Assembly: GCA_050011535.1 (NCBI GenBank)
Contig: JBEKIX010000002.1
Span: 32,365-96,364, forward strand
DNA length: 64,000 nucleotides
DNA from: Acidobacteriota bacterium
GTDB lineage: Bacteria > Acidobacteriota > UBA6911
Reading direction: 5' to 3'
The notes under the pieces are model-generated. The model ran no database searches. It had not been told where the DNA came from and saw only the letters and a list, made by a program, of their open reading frames with translations. The translations under genes and the position numbers were made by a program. This document shows, one piece after another, positions 38,593-47,579 of the stretch. The first letter of the stretch is position 1, and each line of letters opens with the position of its first letter.

Positions 38593-40413
38593 ATGTCACG
38601 CAGATTGCTTCTTCTGTTTCTCGCCTTTAGCTTATGCGGTTTCTACGCGCTCGCCGGATCGCTGGATGATTTCCGCATCGCGAGGGTGTCCTACCTTAAC
38701 GGACACGTCAGCTTTCAACACACTGACGAGGTAGACTGGACGGCAGCCAGCATCAATATGCCTTTGCAGCCCGGAGATCGCATCTATACAGGAGATAACG
38801 GCAGAGCGGAGATAGAGTTTGACGACGGTTCGGTCTTGCGCTTGGCCGAGAAGGCGGATGTCGAGATCCTTACGATGAAAGACCAGCTGATCCAGCTCCG
38901 TGTGTCACTGGGATTGTGCTCGTTGATTAATCGCAGCGGTGTCCCCTTCGAGATCGACACCCCAGCGGCGGCTTTTACCACTACCGAAAAGGGCAGTTTC
39001 CGGTTTGACATCGCCGAGAACGGCGATTCGGACGGGATTGTTCGCAAGGGAGAGATGGAGGCCACAAATAACAGTTTTTCCAGGCGCGTTCAAGCAGGCG
39101 AGGTTCTCCATGTAGCGTCCGCGGAGAATTCGTCTGAAATTCTTGCCCGTTACGATCAGAGAGACGCCTGGGATGATTGGAACGACCGCCGCAATGCGGA
39201 TGCTACTGCCTCTGCCAGTACCCGATACCTCCCCGACTACGTCTCCATGGGTGTTGCTTCCCTAGATCAGTACGGGAGCTGGCTGACGGTAGATCAATAT
39301 GGTTCCGCCTGGGTGCCAATGGTCAACGCGAGCTGGTCCCCGTATTCGAGCGGCCGCTGGATCTACCGGGATTTTTGGGGATGGACTTGGGTGTCGGATG
39401 AATCCTTTGGCTGGCTGCCCTACCATTATGGCCGGTGGTATTACGCGAACAATATTGGCTGGTGCTGGATTCCGGGGGCGTCTTTTGGATTCCATTTCTG
39501 GTCGCCCGGCCTCGTGCGATTCTATGCGGGCGCCGACTGGGTCTCGTGGTATGCCTTGGGCCCGGGGGATTATTATGATGTCAACAACCTCTTCTTCAAT
39601 AATCAGAACAGGGCCAATCTCTTTTACTTGAACGAATTGCGACTCATGCAGAAACGTGGTCCGAATGATCTTGTAAACCACGGTTCTCCCGGTGCTTTCC
39701 GGAGCGTCCGGACGGATCAGTTCGTCAATGGCAACTTGGGACCGAGAGTCGAGCCTGTCAGAGGGCTGACGGACCCGTCGAGGGCTGGACGCCTGGTAAC
39801 TGGCAGCCTCGATGTGCATCCCACGGCTCGAAGTTTTGGCCAGGTTCCGGATCAAACCGCCGTACGGCCGACTGTCAAGCAGAGGGCAGTCGTGGTCCGG
39901 AATGAACCGGTAAACACGCCCCACAACGAGCGCTTTGTTCACATTACGAACCCGCAATACGCGGCGCCCCGTGCAGTAGGTGCCGCGCCTGTAAATGCAG
40001 GCCAAAGGCAGCCCACGCGGGACATGCGATCCAACCAGAATTCTATCGGTCGAAACACGGAAGTCATGCCAAACCGTAATGCAACGCAGTCGAATCAGAC
40101 TGCTCCGTACCGGTCTGGCAGCCAGACAGGAAATAACGCGCAGCAGGCCGCGCCACGGACGCAGCAACCGCCTGCCGGTGCTGCTGGAGCTTCTTCTAGT
40201 GGGACACGCAGAATGGAAGTGACTCCGCCGAGGTCGGCTCCATCGGCACCGCCGTCGATGTCCGCGCCCTCTCGACCGTCGGTTCAGTCGTCCGCGCCAC
40301 CGTCAATGTCCGCATCCCCATCAATGGATAGGCCGGCGGCGACTGCGGCGCCACCCGCGAATTCTTCCGCACCGCCGAGCAACGCTCCGGTGAAGAAGGC
40401 GCCGACCTGGTAG
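38593..40413 (+). CDS. secreted FecR-domain protein with Trp-rich central region (DUF6600-like) and Pro/Ser/Ala-rich C-terminal low-complexity tail
   Basis: AGGAGG RBS, then ATG at 38593. Signal peptide MSRRLLLLFLAFSLCGFYALAG. FecR-like fold (GDRIYTGDNGRAEIEFDDGSVLRL). W/Y-rich block WVPMVNASWSPYSSGRWIYRDFWGWTWVSDESFGWLPYHYGRWYYANNIGWCWIPG. The tail is SAPSAPPSMSAPSRPSVQSSAPPSMSASPSM. Confidence 0.6.
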   Translation: MSRRLLLLFLAFSLCGFYALAGSLDDFRIARVSYLNGHVSFQHTDEVDWTAASINMPLQPGDRIYTGDNGRAEIEFDDGSVLRLAEKADVEILTMKDQLIQLRVSLGLCSLINRSGVPFEIDTPAAAFTTTEKGSFRFDIAENGDSDGIVRKGEMEATNNSFSRRVQAGEVLHVASAENSSEILARYDQRDAWDDWNDRRNADATASASTRYLPDYVSMGVASLDQYGSWLTVDQYGSAWVPMVNASWSPYSSGRWIYRDFWGWTWVSDESFGWLPYHYGRWYYANNIGWCWIPGASFGFHFWSPGLVRFYAGADWVSWYALGPGDYYDVNNLFFNNQNRANLFYLNELRLMQKRGPNDLVNHGSPGAFRSVRTDQFVNGNLGPRVEPVRGLTDPSRAGRLVTGSLDVHPTARSFGQVPDQTAVRPTVKQRAVVVRNEPVNTPHNERFVHITNPQYAAPRAVGAAPVNAGQRQPTRDMRSNQNSIGRNTEVMPNRNATQSNQTAPYRSGSQTGNNAQQAAPRTQQPPAGAAGASSSGTRRMEVTPPRSAPSAPPSMSAPSRPSVQSSAPPSMSASPSMDRPAATAAPPANSSAPPSNAPVKKAPTW

Positions 40414-40547
40414 GTTGAAAGGCGCTATGGCCTGAGGGTGATCAAACGGGAACCGAGGAACCAAAACGGTTCCCGTACTGGCTGGGCGCGGAAGAATCTG
40501 AGTTGTGCCACACTTTCGGTGATCTCAAGGGGTTCTTCCCCGGAAAA

Positions 40548-40589
40548 GACCTCGAAGCGACGTAACCTTCGAGGTCTTTGCAGTATTGC
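40548..40589 (+). terminator. intrinsic terminator: 10-bp perfect stem GACCTCGAAG/CTTCGAGGTC, 9-nt loop, T-rich tail
   Basis: Read directly from the sequence, downstream of the FecR-like gene and before msbA. Confidence 0.6.
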
Positions 40590-40624
40590 AGTAGTGTGTC
40601 GACTCGACGGCCTGGAACTGATCC

Positions 40625-42457
40625 ATGAATGAATTCCGTAAGCTGCTGCCCTTCATCCGACCATATAGCTTTAGTTTGATCATTTCCTTCGTCTTGCTGG
40701 TAGCCTCCGGCCTTCTCGAGGTTGGAACCACAGCTCTTGTGATTCCGTTGTTCGACAAACTCTTTCCAGGGCAAGCAGTCCAGGTGAGCGACGCCTTGCA
40801 GCAAAAGCTCGCGATCTTGAGCCGGACATTATCCGTGTTGCCCGGAGATCTTCTCGTGCAGGTCTCGATTGCGCTCCTTTTGTTCACTTTCCTGAAGGGT
40901 CTGTGCCTCTACGCATCCAATTACAAAATGAGCTATGTGGGGCAGGGGGTAGTCACCGACCTGAGGAATCACCTTTACCGGCATGTGCTGAGCCAGTCGA
41001 TGGGCTTTTTTTCACTGAATTCCACAGGGCGTCTGATGTCGCGCATGAACAGCGACGTCGAACAGGTTCAGGAAGCGGTATCCACATCCGTCGCAGACCT
41101 CTTTCGCGAGGCTGTCCTTCTCATATCCCTGGTGGTCTGGGTTTTCTGGCTTGACTGGAAGCTGGCCCTACTGTCGTTGACCATCGCCCCCGTAGCGCTC
41201 GTGCTCACGATGGTGATGGGGAAGAGAATCCGCCAGGCAAGTCTCAGCAGCAGGGAAAACATTGCCTCCCTGAGCGACCTGATTCAGCAGTCCCTAACGG
41301 GCATGCGAATTCTGAAAGCGTTCGGAATGGAGTCCCATGAACAGAAGCGTTTCGAAAAGGTCGCCCAACGCCTTTTCTCCGCCAATATGAGAGCTGCCCG
41401 CATTCTGTTCATCAACTCTCCGGCGATGGAAATGGTAGGGGTGACGTGCTTCGTTCCGCTTGTTTTCTATGCATACTATCGGATTTATATAGAGCATACG
41501 CTGCTGGCCAGCCTGTTCGCCGGGGGAATCTTCTCCCTTTTTAAAATGTACGATCCTATCCGTAGACTCAGCCGCCTTCATGTCGGATTCAAGCGCGCGT
41601 TTGCCTCCGCTTCGCGGATCACCGAATTGTTTGAAACGCATGTCGAGATTCATGATCGGCCTGACCCTCTCATTCTCGAAGGCGTGGAGGATTCTGTCGA
41701 ATTCAGGGACGTCTGTTTTGACTACCAAGGAAACGGAGATGAAGCGGTCCTCAGGCACATTAATCTTATTGTACCCCGTAACAAGGTCATCGCCTTGGTA
41801 GGAAGCAGCGGCTCCGGGAAAACGACCCTGGTGAGTCTGATTCCTCGCTTCTATGACGTGACTTCAGGGGCGGTCCTGATTGACCGGGTGGATGTTCGGG
41901 ATTACAGCCAGAGTTCGCTGCGCCGGAACATCGCCATCGTCACGCAGGAGACTTTCCTCTTCAACGACACGATCCGAAACAACATCGCGTACGGAGACAT
42001 CGATTCCTCGGAGGAGAGAATCGTAGCCGCGGCGCGGGCCGCCCTGGCTCACGACTTTATCGAACAAATGCCGAAGAAGTATGAGACGCGAATCGGCGAG
42101 CGCGGCCAGAGGCTCTCCGGCGGCGAAAGGCAGAGGATCTGCATCGCGCGCGCGATTCTAAGAAACGCCCCGATCCTCATCCTCGACGAGGCTACCTCGG
42201 CCCTCGATTCGGAATCCGAGCAGTTGGTGCAGCGGGCATTAGCCAATCTCATGCAGGACCGGACGACATTCGTGATCGCACACCGTCTATCCACGATCCG
42301 GAGCGCGAATGAAATTATCGTCATCGAAAAAGGCAGGATTATGGAGATTGGTACTCATGACACCCTGCTGGAGCGTGGCGGTCTGTACGCCCGGTTTTAC
42401 AGGCTGCAGACGGACGACCTCTTCGCAGAAGGAGCGGAGATCGTGCGGAGCTCCTAG
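40625..42457 (+). CDS. msbA: lipid A export ABC transporter MsbA-like (fused permease/ATPase)
   Basis: Six-TM N-domain plus an NBD with Walker A GSSGSGKTT, signature LSGGERQR and Walker B ILILDEATSALD. Confidence 0.8.
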   Translation: MNEFRKLLPFIRPYSFSLIISFVLLVASGLLEVGTTALVIPLFDKLFPGQAVQVSDALQQKLAILSRTLSVLPGDLLVQVSIALLLFTFLKGLCLYASNYKMSYVGQGVVTDLRNHLYRHVLSQSMGFFSLNSTGRLMSRMNSDVEQVQEAVSTSVADLFREAVLLISLVVWVFWLDWKLALLSLTIAPVALVLTMVMGKRIRQASLSSRENIASLSDLIQQSLTGMRILKAFGMESHEQKRFEKVAQRLFSANMRAARILFINSPAMEMVGVTCFVPLVFYAYYRIYIEHTLLASLFAGGIFSLFKMYDPIRRLSRLHVGFKRAFASASRITELFETHVEIHDRPDPLILEGVEDSVEFRDVCFDYQGNGDEAVLRHINLIVPRNKVIALVGSSGSGKTTLVSLIPRFYDVTSGAVLIDRVDVRDYSQSSLRRNIAIVTQETFLFNDTIRNNIAYGDIDSSEERIVAAARAALAHDFIEQMPKKYETRIGERGQRLSGGERQRICIARAILRNAPILILDEATSALDSESEQLVQRALANLMQDRTTFVIAHRLSTIRSANEIIVIEKGRIMEIGTHDTLLERGGLYARFYRLQTDDLFAEGAEIVRSS

Positions 42458-42593
42458 GCGCGGGCTTGCCTCGAAGATAGCTCTCAGTCCTGCGACTTGC
42501 CTGTGACTTTGGGTGATCCATCCGCGGTTCAGACAAATACAGCCAGGGGATAAGCCCATACGCGCAAAGATGAGCTCGCGATCGAACTTGGCC

Positions 42594-42726
42594 CTGGACC
42601 TAGACCTCGACGTGGACGTGGACTATCGAGCGCGACGTAAACTTTCGCAAGGAGGATACTTGCGAGAATCTGTCAAGCACAAGAACGTCCAAGTCCAGAT
42701 CGAAGCCCGAGTCCAGGTCCACGTGG
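42594..42726. repeat. two inverted blocks of imperfect hexamer repeats: (NTGGAC)5 at 42594-42623 and (GTCCAN)6 at 42687-42726
   Basis: Block 1 reads ctggac ctagac ctcgac gtggac gtggac. Block 2 reads gtccaa gtccag atcgaa gcccga gtccag gtccac. An AAGGAGG-like element sits between them. The blocks lie in a 410-nt intergenic region between msbA and yicC. Confidence 0.8.
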
Positions 42727-42896
42727 GAAAAGACGCTTAGGTCAGCCATTATGAGATCAGGCTCCCGGGCCGCAGCTATGCCGCCCCTCGCGGTGTTTGC
42801 CACTGTCCAAATTGCAGGGGATCCACGATACAACTTGACGCTTACCCACTGTAAAAGATAAAATAATTGGATTTACGAGGCGAAGGAATTTTCGAG

Positions 42897-43784
42897 ATGA
42901 TCCAGAGCATGACTGGCTACGGAACGGCTACGCTTCAAAAGGAAGGGGCGGCGCTGTCTGTGGAGATTCGCACCGGTAATCATCGCTTTTTTGACCCGCA
43001 CGTCCGTCTTGCCCGCGAATACGGCTTCCTGGAACCCGAGATCTCCCAACTCCTGCGCGAGGCCATACGCCGTGGTAGAGTCGATGTCGCGGTTACCATT
43101 TATGCGTCGATTCCCGCGGAATGTCTCATTAGTGCCGACACGGCTCGTGCTTATATGAAGGCCGCATCGAGACTGCGGCAGGAGCTTCAGCTGGCTGATT
43201 CTCTGGACTTGAAGACGTTGCTCTCGCTACCGGGCGTTGTCCTGAGCCAGAACTCGCCTTCTGAGGAACAGGAGCGAGCTGGACTCGAAATGAAGGATTT
43301 CGTGCTGGCGGGTGTGCGCCATGCTCTGGGAACGGTTATTCAAATGCGGCGTCAGGAAGGCCAGGCGCTCGAGGCGGAGCTGGCGGCATACCTCCGCAGC
43401 ATAAGGCATAAAGTGGAGGCCGTCCGTGCTTGCATGCCCGCCGCGCTGCAGGAATACCAGCAGAAACTGGAAGAGCGCTTGAAACACCTGCTCCAGCAAA
43501 TGGCACCTGATCCGCAGCGACTGGCTCAGGAAGTAGCGATTTTGGCGGAGAAAACGGACATATCGGAGGAGATCACCAGGCTGGAAAGCCACCTCGATCA
43601 GTACGCGGGCATGATGAGCGACGGGCGCGAGGTGGGGAAGAAAATGGATTTTTTGCTGCAGGAAATGCATCGCGAAGTCAATACGGTGCTGTCGAAAACG
43701 GGACATCTGGAAGTGACGCGCCTTGGAATCGCACTCAAGGCCGACATCGAAAAGATGCGCGAACAGGTTCAAAACGTGGAATAG
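42897..43784 (+). CDS. yicC: YicC/YloC family stress-induced protein (endoribonuclease)
   Basis: MIQSMTGYG N-terminus. Located upstream of gmk, a conserved arrangement. AAGGAA RBS. Confidence 0.8.
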   Translation: MIQSMTGYGTATLQKEGAALSVEIRTGNHRFFDPHVRLAREYGFLEPEISQLLREAIRRGRVDVAVTIYASIPAECLISADTARAYMKAASRLRQELQLADSLDLKTLLSLPGVVLSQNSPSEEQERAGLEMKDFVLAGVRHALGTVIQMRRQEGQALEAELAAYLRSIRHKVEAVRACMPAALQEYQQKLEERLKHLLQQMAPDPQRLAQEVAILAEKTDISEEITRLESHLDQYAGMMSDGREVGKKMDFLLQEMHREVNTVLSKTGHLEVTRLGIALKADIEKMREQVQNVE

Positions 43785-43785
43785 T

Positions 43786-44421
43786 ATGCCCCGAAAAGGC
43801 AGCCTGATCATCGTCTCGGGCCCATCTGGAGCAGGCAAATCGGCCCTTGCCTCCGCGGTCATCTCGCGGCTGAAGGATCTGCACTTTTCCGTATCCTACA
43901 CGACACGGGCGCCCCGGGGAGACGAGCGAGACGGCGTGGAATATCATTTTGTGCGCAAGGCGGAGTTTGAGGGACTGATTCGGGGCAACGAGTTTTTGGA
44001 ATGGGCGGAAGTATACGGAAACTACTATGGTACCGCGCGCAAGTTCATCGACGACACGCTCTCCAGCGGCAAGGACGTGCTGCTGGATGTTGATGTTCAA
44101 GGAGCGCGCACAATGCGCAGGAAGCGCCCGGATGCCATCAGTATTTTCATAATGCCGCCGTCCTACCAGGTGCTTCGGCGGCGGCTCGAGAACCGGAAGC
44201 TCGACAAGGATTACGTCATTGAGCAGCGCCTGAAGATCGCACGCCGCGAGATTGTTCAGTACAAGGATTACGACTATTTGATCGTCAACGACGACTTTGA
44301 CGAGTCCGTCAAGGAATTGGAAGCCATTATACTGGGATCCCGATGTCAAATGACTTCGCGAGCCGAGTCAGCCGAAGCGATCGTTGCTACGTTTGGAGGA
44401 TTGGATGCCGAATATCCCTGA
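43786..44421 (+). CDS. gmk: guanylate kinase
   Basis: GSLIIVSGPSGAGKS P-loop and ...YHFV...F......FLEWAEVYGNYYGT. The ATG lies 1 nt after the yicC stop. Confidence 0.85.
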   Translation: MPRKGSLIIVSGPSGAGKSALASAVISRLKDLHFSVSYTTRAPRGDERDGVEYHFVRKAEFEGLIRGNEFLEWAEVYGNYYGTARKFIDDTLSSGKDVLLDVDVQGARTMRRKRPDAISIFIMPPSYQVLRRRLENRKLDKDYVIEQRLKIARREIVQYKDYDYLIVNDDFDESVKELEAIILGSRCQMTSRAESAEAIVATFGGLDAEYP

Positions 44422-44605
44422 GAATATCGGGTCGAAGTACCGGTTCATTATTATTGCTGCGGAGAGAGCGAAGCAACTTCAGAACAGAGCCAAGCCCAAG
44501 GTCAAGATCAGATCGACCAAGCCCGCCAAGATCGCGATGAAGGAAGTGGAAGAGGGCCTGATCAGCTTCGAGGTTTTGCCGATCGAGCCGAAGGAGCAGA
44601 CCTAG
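44405..44605 (+). CDS. rpoZ: DNA-directed RNA polymerase subunit omega
   Basis: IGSKYRFIIIAAERAKQL. GGAGGA RBS. Overlaps the gmk 3' end by 17 nt. Confidence 0.8.
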   Translation: MPNIPENIGSKYRFIIIAAERAKQLQNRAKPKVKIRSTKPAKIAMKEVEEGLISFEVLPIEPKEQT

Positions 44606-44614
44606 GGGGTTGCC

Positions 44615-45817
44615 GTGAAAGTCGGGCTGGGAGTTACTGGCTGCATTGCCGCGTACAAGGCTGTCGAAGTAATGCGCGAGTTACAGAAGGCCGGCGTATC
44701 GGTACAGGTGGTGCTGACGCGCTCCGCGCGCAGATTCGTCGGTCCGGTCACCTTCGAAGCGCTCTCGGCCCAGAACGTAATCACCGACATGTTCCGGGCG
44801 GGACGCAATCTGGCGATCGAGCATATAGGTCTTGCACAAGAGATTCAGTTGCTCGCTGTTGTCCCCGCGACGGCAAATATCCTCGGGAAATTCGCCCACG
44901 GAATTGCGGACGATTTCCTGTCCACATTATACCTGTCGTGTCCGGCGCCCGTGCTGATCGCTCCAGCCATGAATGTTGAGATGTGGAAACACCCGGCGGT
45001 TCAAGGCAATGTGGATATCCTGCGGAAGCGTGGACACGTTTTTGTGGATCCGGATGCGGGCGTTCTCGCCTGCGGCATGGAGGGGGAAGGCCGGCTGGCG
45101 GACGTGAACGCAATTGTGGCGCGTGCGCTGGAAATCCTGCGGCAGGGACCATCATTGGCGGGACAGAGGGTTCTGGTCACCGCGGGCCCAACCATCGAAG
45201 ACATCGATCCGGTCCGTTTCCTTTCCAATCGCAGCTCCGGGAAAATGGGGTATGCGGTCGCGCAAGCTGCAGAGCAGCGCGGCGCAGAGGTGGTGCTCGT
45301 TTCCGGGCCGACGGCGCTTACGCCGCCCGCGCGGGTGCATACCGTCATGGTTCGTTCGGCAGCTGAAATGAGAAGCGCCGTCCTGCAGGTCTATCCACAG
45401 GCGGACATCGTAATCAAGGCGGCGGCGGTGGCGGATTATCGTCCTGCGGAGCTGGCCACGGAAAAAATCAAAAAAAAGGCGGCCGCCACAGAGCTCTCCC
45501 TCGTGCCCACCGACGACATTCTTGCGGAACTGGGGGTTGCCAAGAAGAATCAGGTCCTTGTTGGATTCACGGCCGAAACGCGCGACCTCATCGCGCGCGC
45601 TCGCGAAAAGATGGCCCGGAAGAATCTCGATTTGATGGTTGCCAACGATGTTTCCAGCGGAGTCTTCGGCGCCGATTCCGCGACCGTCCACATCTTCGCT
45701 CCAACCGGAGAAGTTGTCACTATCCACGACCGCTCCAAGCTGGAGATCGCCCATCGCATCCTCGATCTGGCGTTGCACGCTCAAAAATCTCGCGGCGCCG
45801 GAACGACATCGGCATGA
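44615..45817 (+). CDS. coaBC: bifunctional phosphopantothenoylcysteine decarboxylase / phosphopantothenate-cysteine ligase
   Basis: N-terminal flavoprotein domain (GVTGCIAAYKAVEVMREL...PAMN.EMW.HPA). C-terminal CoaB domain (LVTAGPTIEDIDPVRFLSNRSSGKMGYAVA). GTG start. Confidence 0.9.
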   Translation: MKVGLGVTGCIAAYKAVEVMRELQKAGVSVQVVLTRSARRFVGPVTFEALSAQNVITDMFRAGRNLAIEHIGLAQEIQLLAVVPATANILGKFAHGIADDFLSTLYLSCPAPVLIAPAMNVEMWKHPAVQGNVDILRKRGHVFVDPDAGVLACGMEGEGRLADVNAIVARALEILRQGPSLAGQRVLVTAGPTIEDIDPVRFLSNRSSGKMGYAVAQAAEQRGAEVVLVSGPTALTPPARVHTVMVRSAAEMRSAVLQVYPQADIVIKAAAVADYRPAELATEKIKKKAAATELSLVPTDDILAELGVAKKNQVLVGFTAETRDLIARAREKMARKNLDLMVANDVSSGVFGADSATVHIFAPTGEVVTIHDRSKLEIAHRILDLALHAQKSRGAGTTSA

Positions 45818-45830
45818 GCCCGGTCCATCC

Positions 45831-46715
45831 ATGAAATCAGGCACCGCAACTATCGTGGGGAGGCCGAACTCCGGCAAATCCACGCTCCTGAACGCCCTCA
45901 TCGGGCAGAAGATCTCGATAGTGAGCGCGAGTCCGCAGACGACTCGCCGCTGCATTCTGGGCATTCTCACGGAACCTCGCGGACAGGTGGTTTTTGTGGA
46001 CACGCCCGGAATCCACCGCCCTGAATACCGTATGAACCGAAGGATGCAGCGCAGCGTGACGGACTCACTGCGTAACGTGGATCTAATCCTCCTTATGGTG
46101 GACGGCTCGGTTGCGTTCGGGGCTGGAGAGAGCTTTGTCCTGGATCTGGTAAAGCGCGCAGGCATGCCTGCCTTGCTGTTGATCAACAAGATCGACATAA
46201 TATCCAAGCCGCGTCTGCTGCCGAGAATGAAACGGTACTCGGAGGCTCATGACTTCCTGGACATCATTCCCCTTTCGGCGCGCACCGGGGAAAACCGTGA
46301 GCTGATAGTGAACTGTGTCTTTAATCACCTTCCCGAAAATGCGCCGCTCTACGATCCCGAGGAGATCACCGACCGCTCGGAGAGGTTCCTTGCCGCCGAG
46401 TTCATCCGCGAGAAAATCCTCGCTTTTGCGCGCGAGGAACTGCCATACACGACAGCGGTGCTCATTCGCAGGTTTGATGAGAGCCGGCGTGACAGCAAGC
46501 GTCTCGTCATCGTCGAGGCCGACGTCGTGGTTGAAAAAAAGTCGCAGCAGGGTATCATCATCGGCAAGGAAGGATCACAGTTGCGAGACATCGGGTCGGC
46601 CGCTCGATTGGAGCTGGAGCAGTTGCTGGGATGCAAGCTTTTTCTCAGCCTAACGGTTAAAACAGTGCCCAGATGGCGCAACGATGACACCGTGCTGGAC
46701 GAGCTGGAAGTTTGA
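45831..46715 (+). CDS. era: GTPase Era
   Basis: G1 GRPNSGKST and G3 DTPG motifs plus a C-terminal KH domain. The ATG at 45831 is used; the ORF-track start 45639 overlaps coaBC and is rejected. Confidence 0.85.
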   Translation: MKSGTATIVGRPNSGKSTLLNALIGQKISIVSASPQTTRRCILGILTEPRGQVVFVDTPGIHRPEYRMNRRMQRSVTDSLRNVDLILLMVDGSVAFGAGESFVLDLVKRAGMPALLLINKIDIISKPRLLPRMKRYSEAHDFLDIIPLSARTGENRELIVNCVFNHLPENAPLYDPEEITDRSERFLAAEFIREKILAFAREELPYTTAVLIRRFDESRRDSKRLVIVEADVVVEKKSQQGIIIGKEGSQLRDIGSAARLELEQLLGCKLFLSLTVKTVPRWRNDDTVLDELEV

Positions 46716-46717
46716 TC

Positions 46718-47476
46718 ATGAGCGAACTCAAGAATCTCGGCAACGAAATACTCGATCACTTGCGCCGTTATCGCCAGGTGGGTGTGCGCCTGGCCGCCAA
46801 TGCGCCACGATCGGCCCCACGAAAACCTGTTTCCACCACGCTGCGGCGCGGCGCTGCCGACGAGAGGCCTGCGGTGACGATTCCCAGGACATCGCTTTTC
46901 GATGGGCCGGCGCCGATACGCGAGGGCATGAAAGCAATTCGGGCCGATTTGGGAGACTGCAAGAGGTGCAAGCTTGCGCCTACGCGCAGCAACATCGTGT
47001 TCGGCGTCGGAGATCCACACGCCGAATTGATGTTCGTCGGCGAAGCTCCGGGCGCGGACGAAGACGCGCAGGGGCTTCCCTTTGTGGGGCGGGCGGGGCA
47101 ATTGCTGACCAAGATCATCCAGGCGATCGACATGCGGCGCGAGGATGTCTATATCTGCAACATATTGAAATGCAGGCCGCCGTCGAATCGCAACCCGGAA
47201 AGCGACGAAATCGCTGCTTGTGAGCCGTTCCTGTTTCGTCAAATAGCCTCCCTCCAGCCGCGCGTAATCTGTGCTCTGGGCACGTTCGCTGCTCAGACCC
47301 TGTTGCGGACCAAGGAGCCGATCGCGAGGTTGCGTGGCGCCTTCATGGATTTCCACGGCGCAAAGCTGATGGCAACCTATCACCCCGCATATCTGTTGAG
47401 AAACCCGAACGAAAAGCGAAAGGTTTGGGAAGATGTCCAGAAGATCAGGGATTATTTGCTTTCATTGAGAGCGTGA
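46718..47476 (+). CDS. uracil-DNA glycosylase, family 4
   Basis: Family-4 UDG motifs are present: C..C.L in [17 protein letters not shown] (motif A) and HPAYLLRNP (motif B). Confidence 0.8.
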   Translation: MSELKNLGNEILDHLRRYRQVGVRLAANAPRSAPRKPVSTTLRRGAADERPAVTIPRTSLFDGPAPIREGMKAIRADLGDCKRCKLAPTRSNIVFGVGDPHAELMFVGEAPGADEDAQGLPFVGRAGQLLTKIIQAIDMRREDVYICNILKCRPPSNRNPESDEIAACEPFLFRQIASLQPRVICALGTFAAQTLLRTKEPIARLRGAFMDFHGAKLMATYHPAYLLRNPNEKRKVWEDVQKIRDYLLSLRA

Positions 47477-47579
47477 CGCAGACACGGGGAATTCCCGCGC
47501 GCTGCTCCGCTGGACAAGCGGCGCCGGCACGAAAGTCAGCCGCCGGAACACATCAAGAGCCATAAGAGCAAGCTGAAAC

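Noticed and set aside
39262-40167. 301-codon minus-strand ORF
   Set aside because: Antisense to the FecR-like gene, which has a signal peptide, an RBS and a terminator on the + strand.
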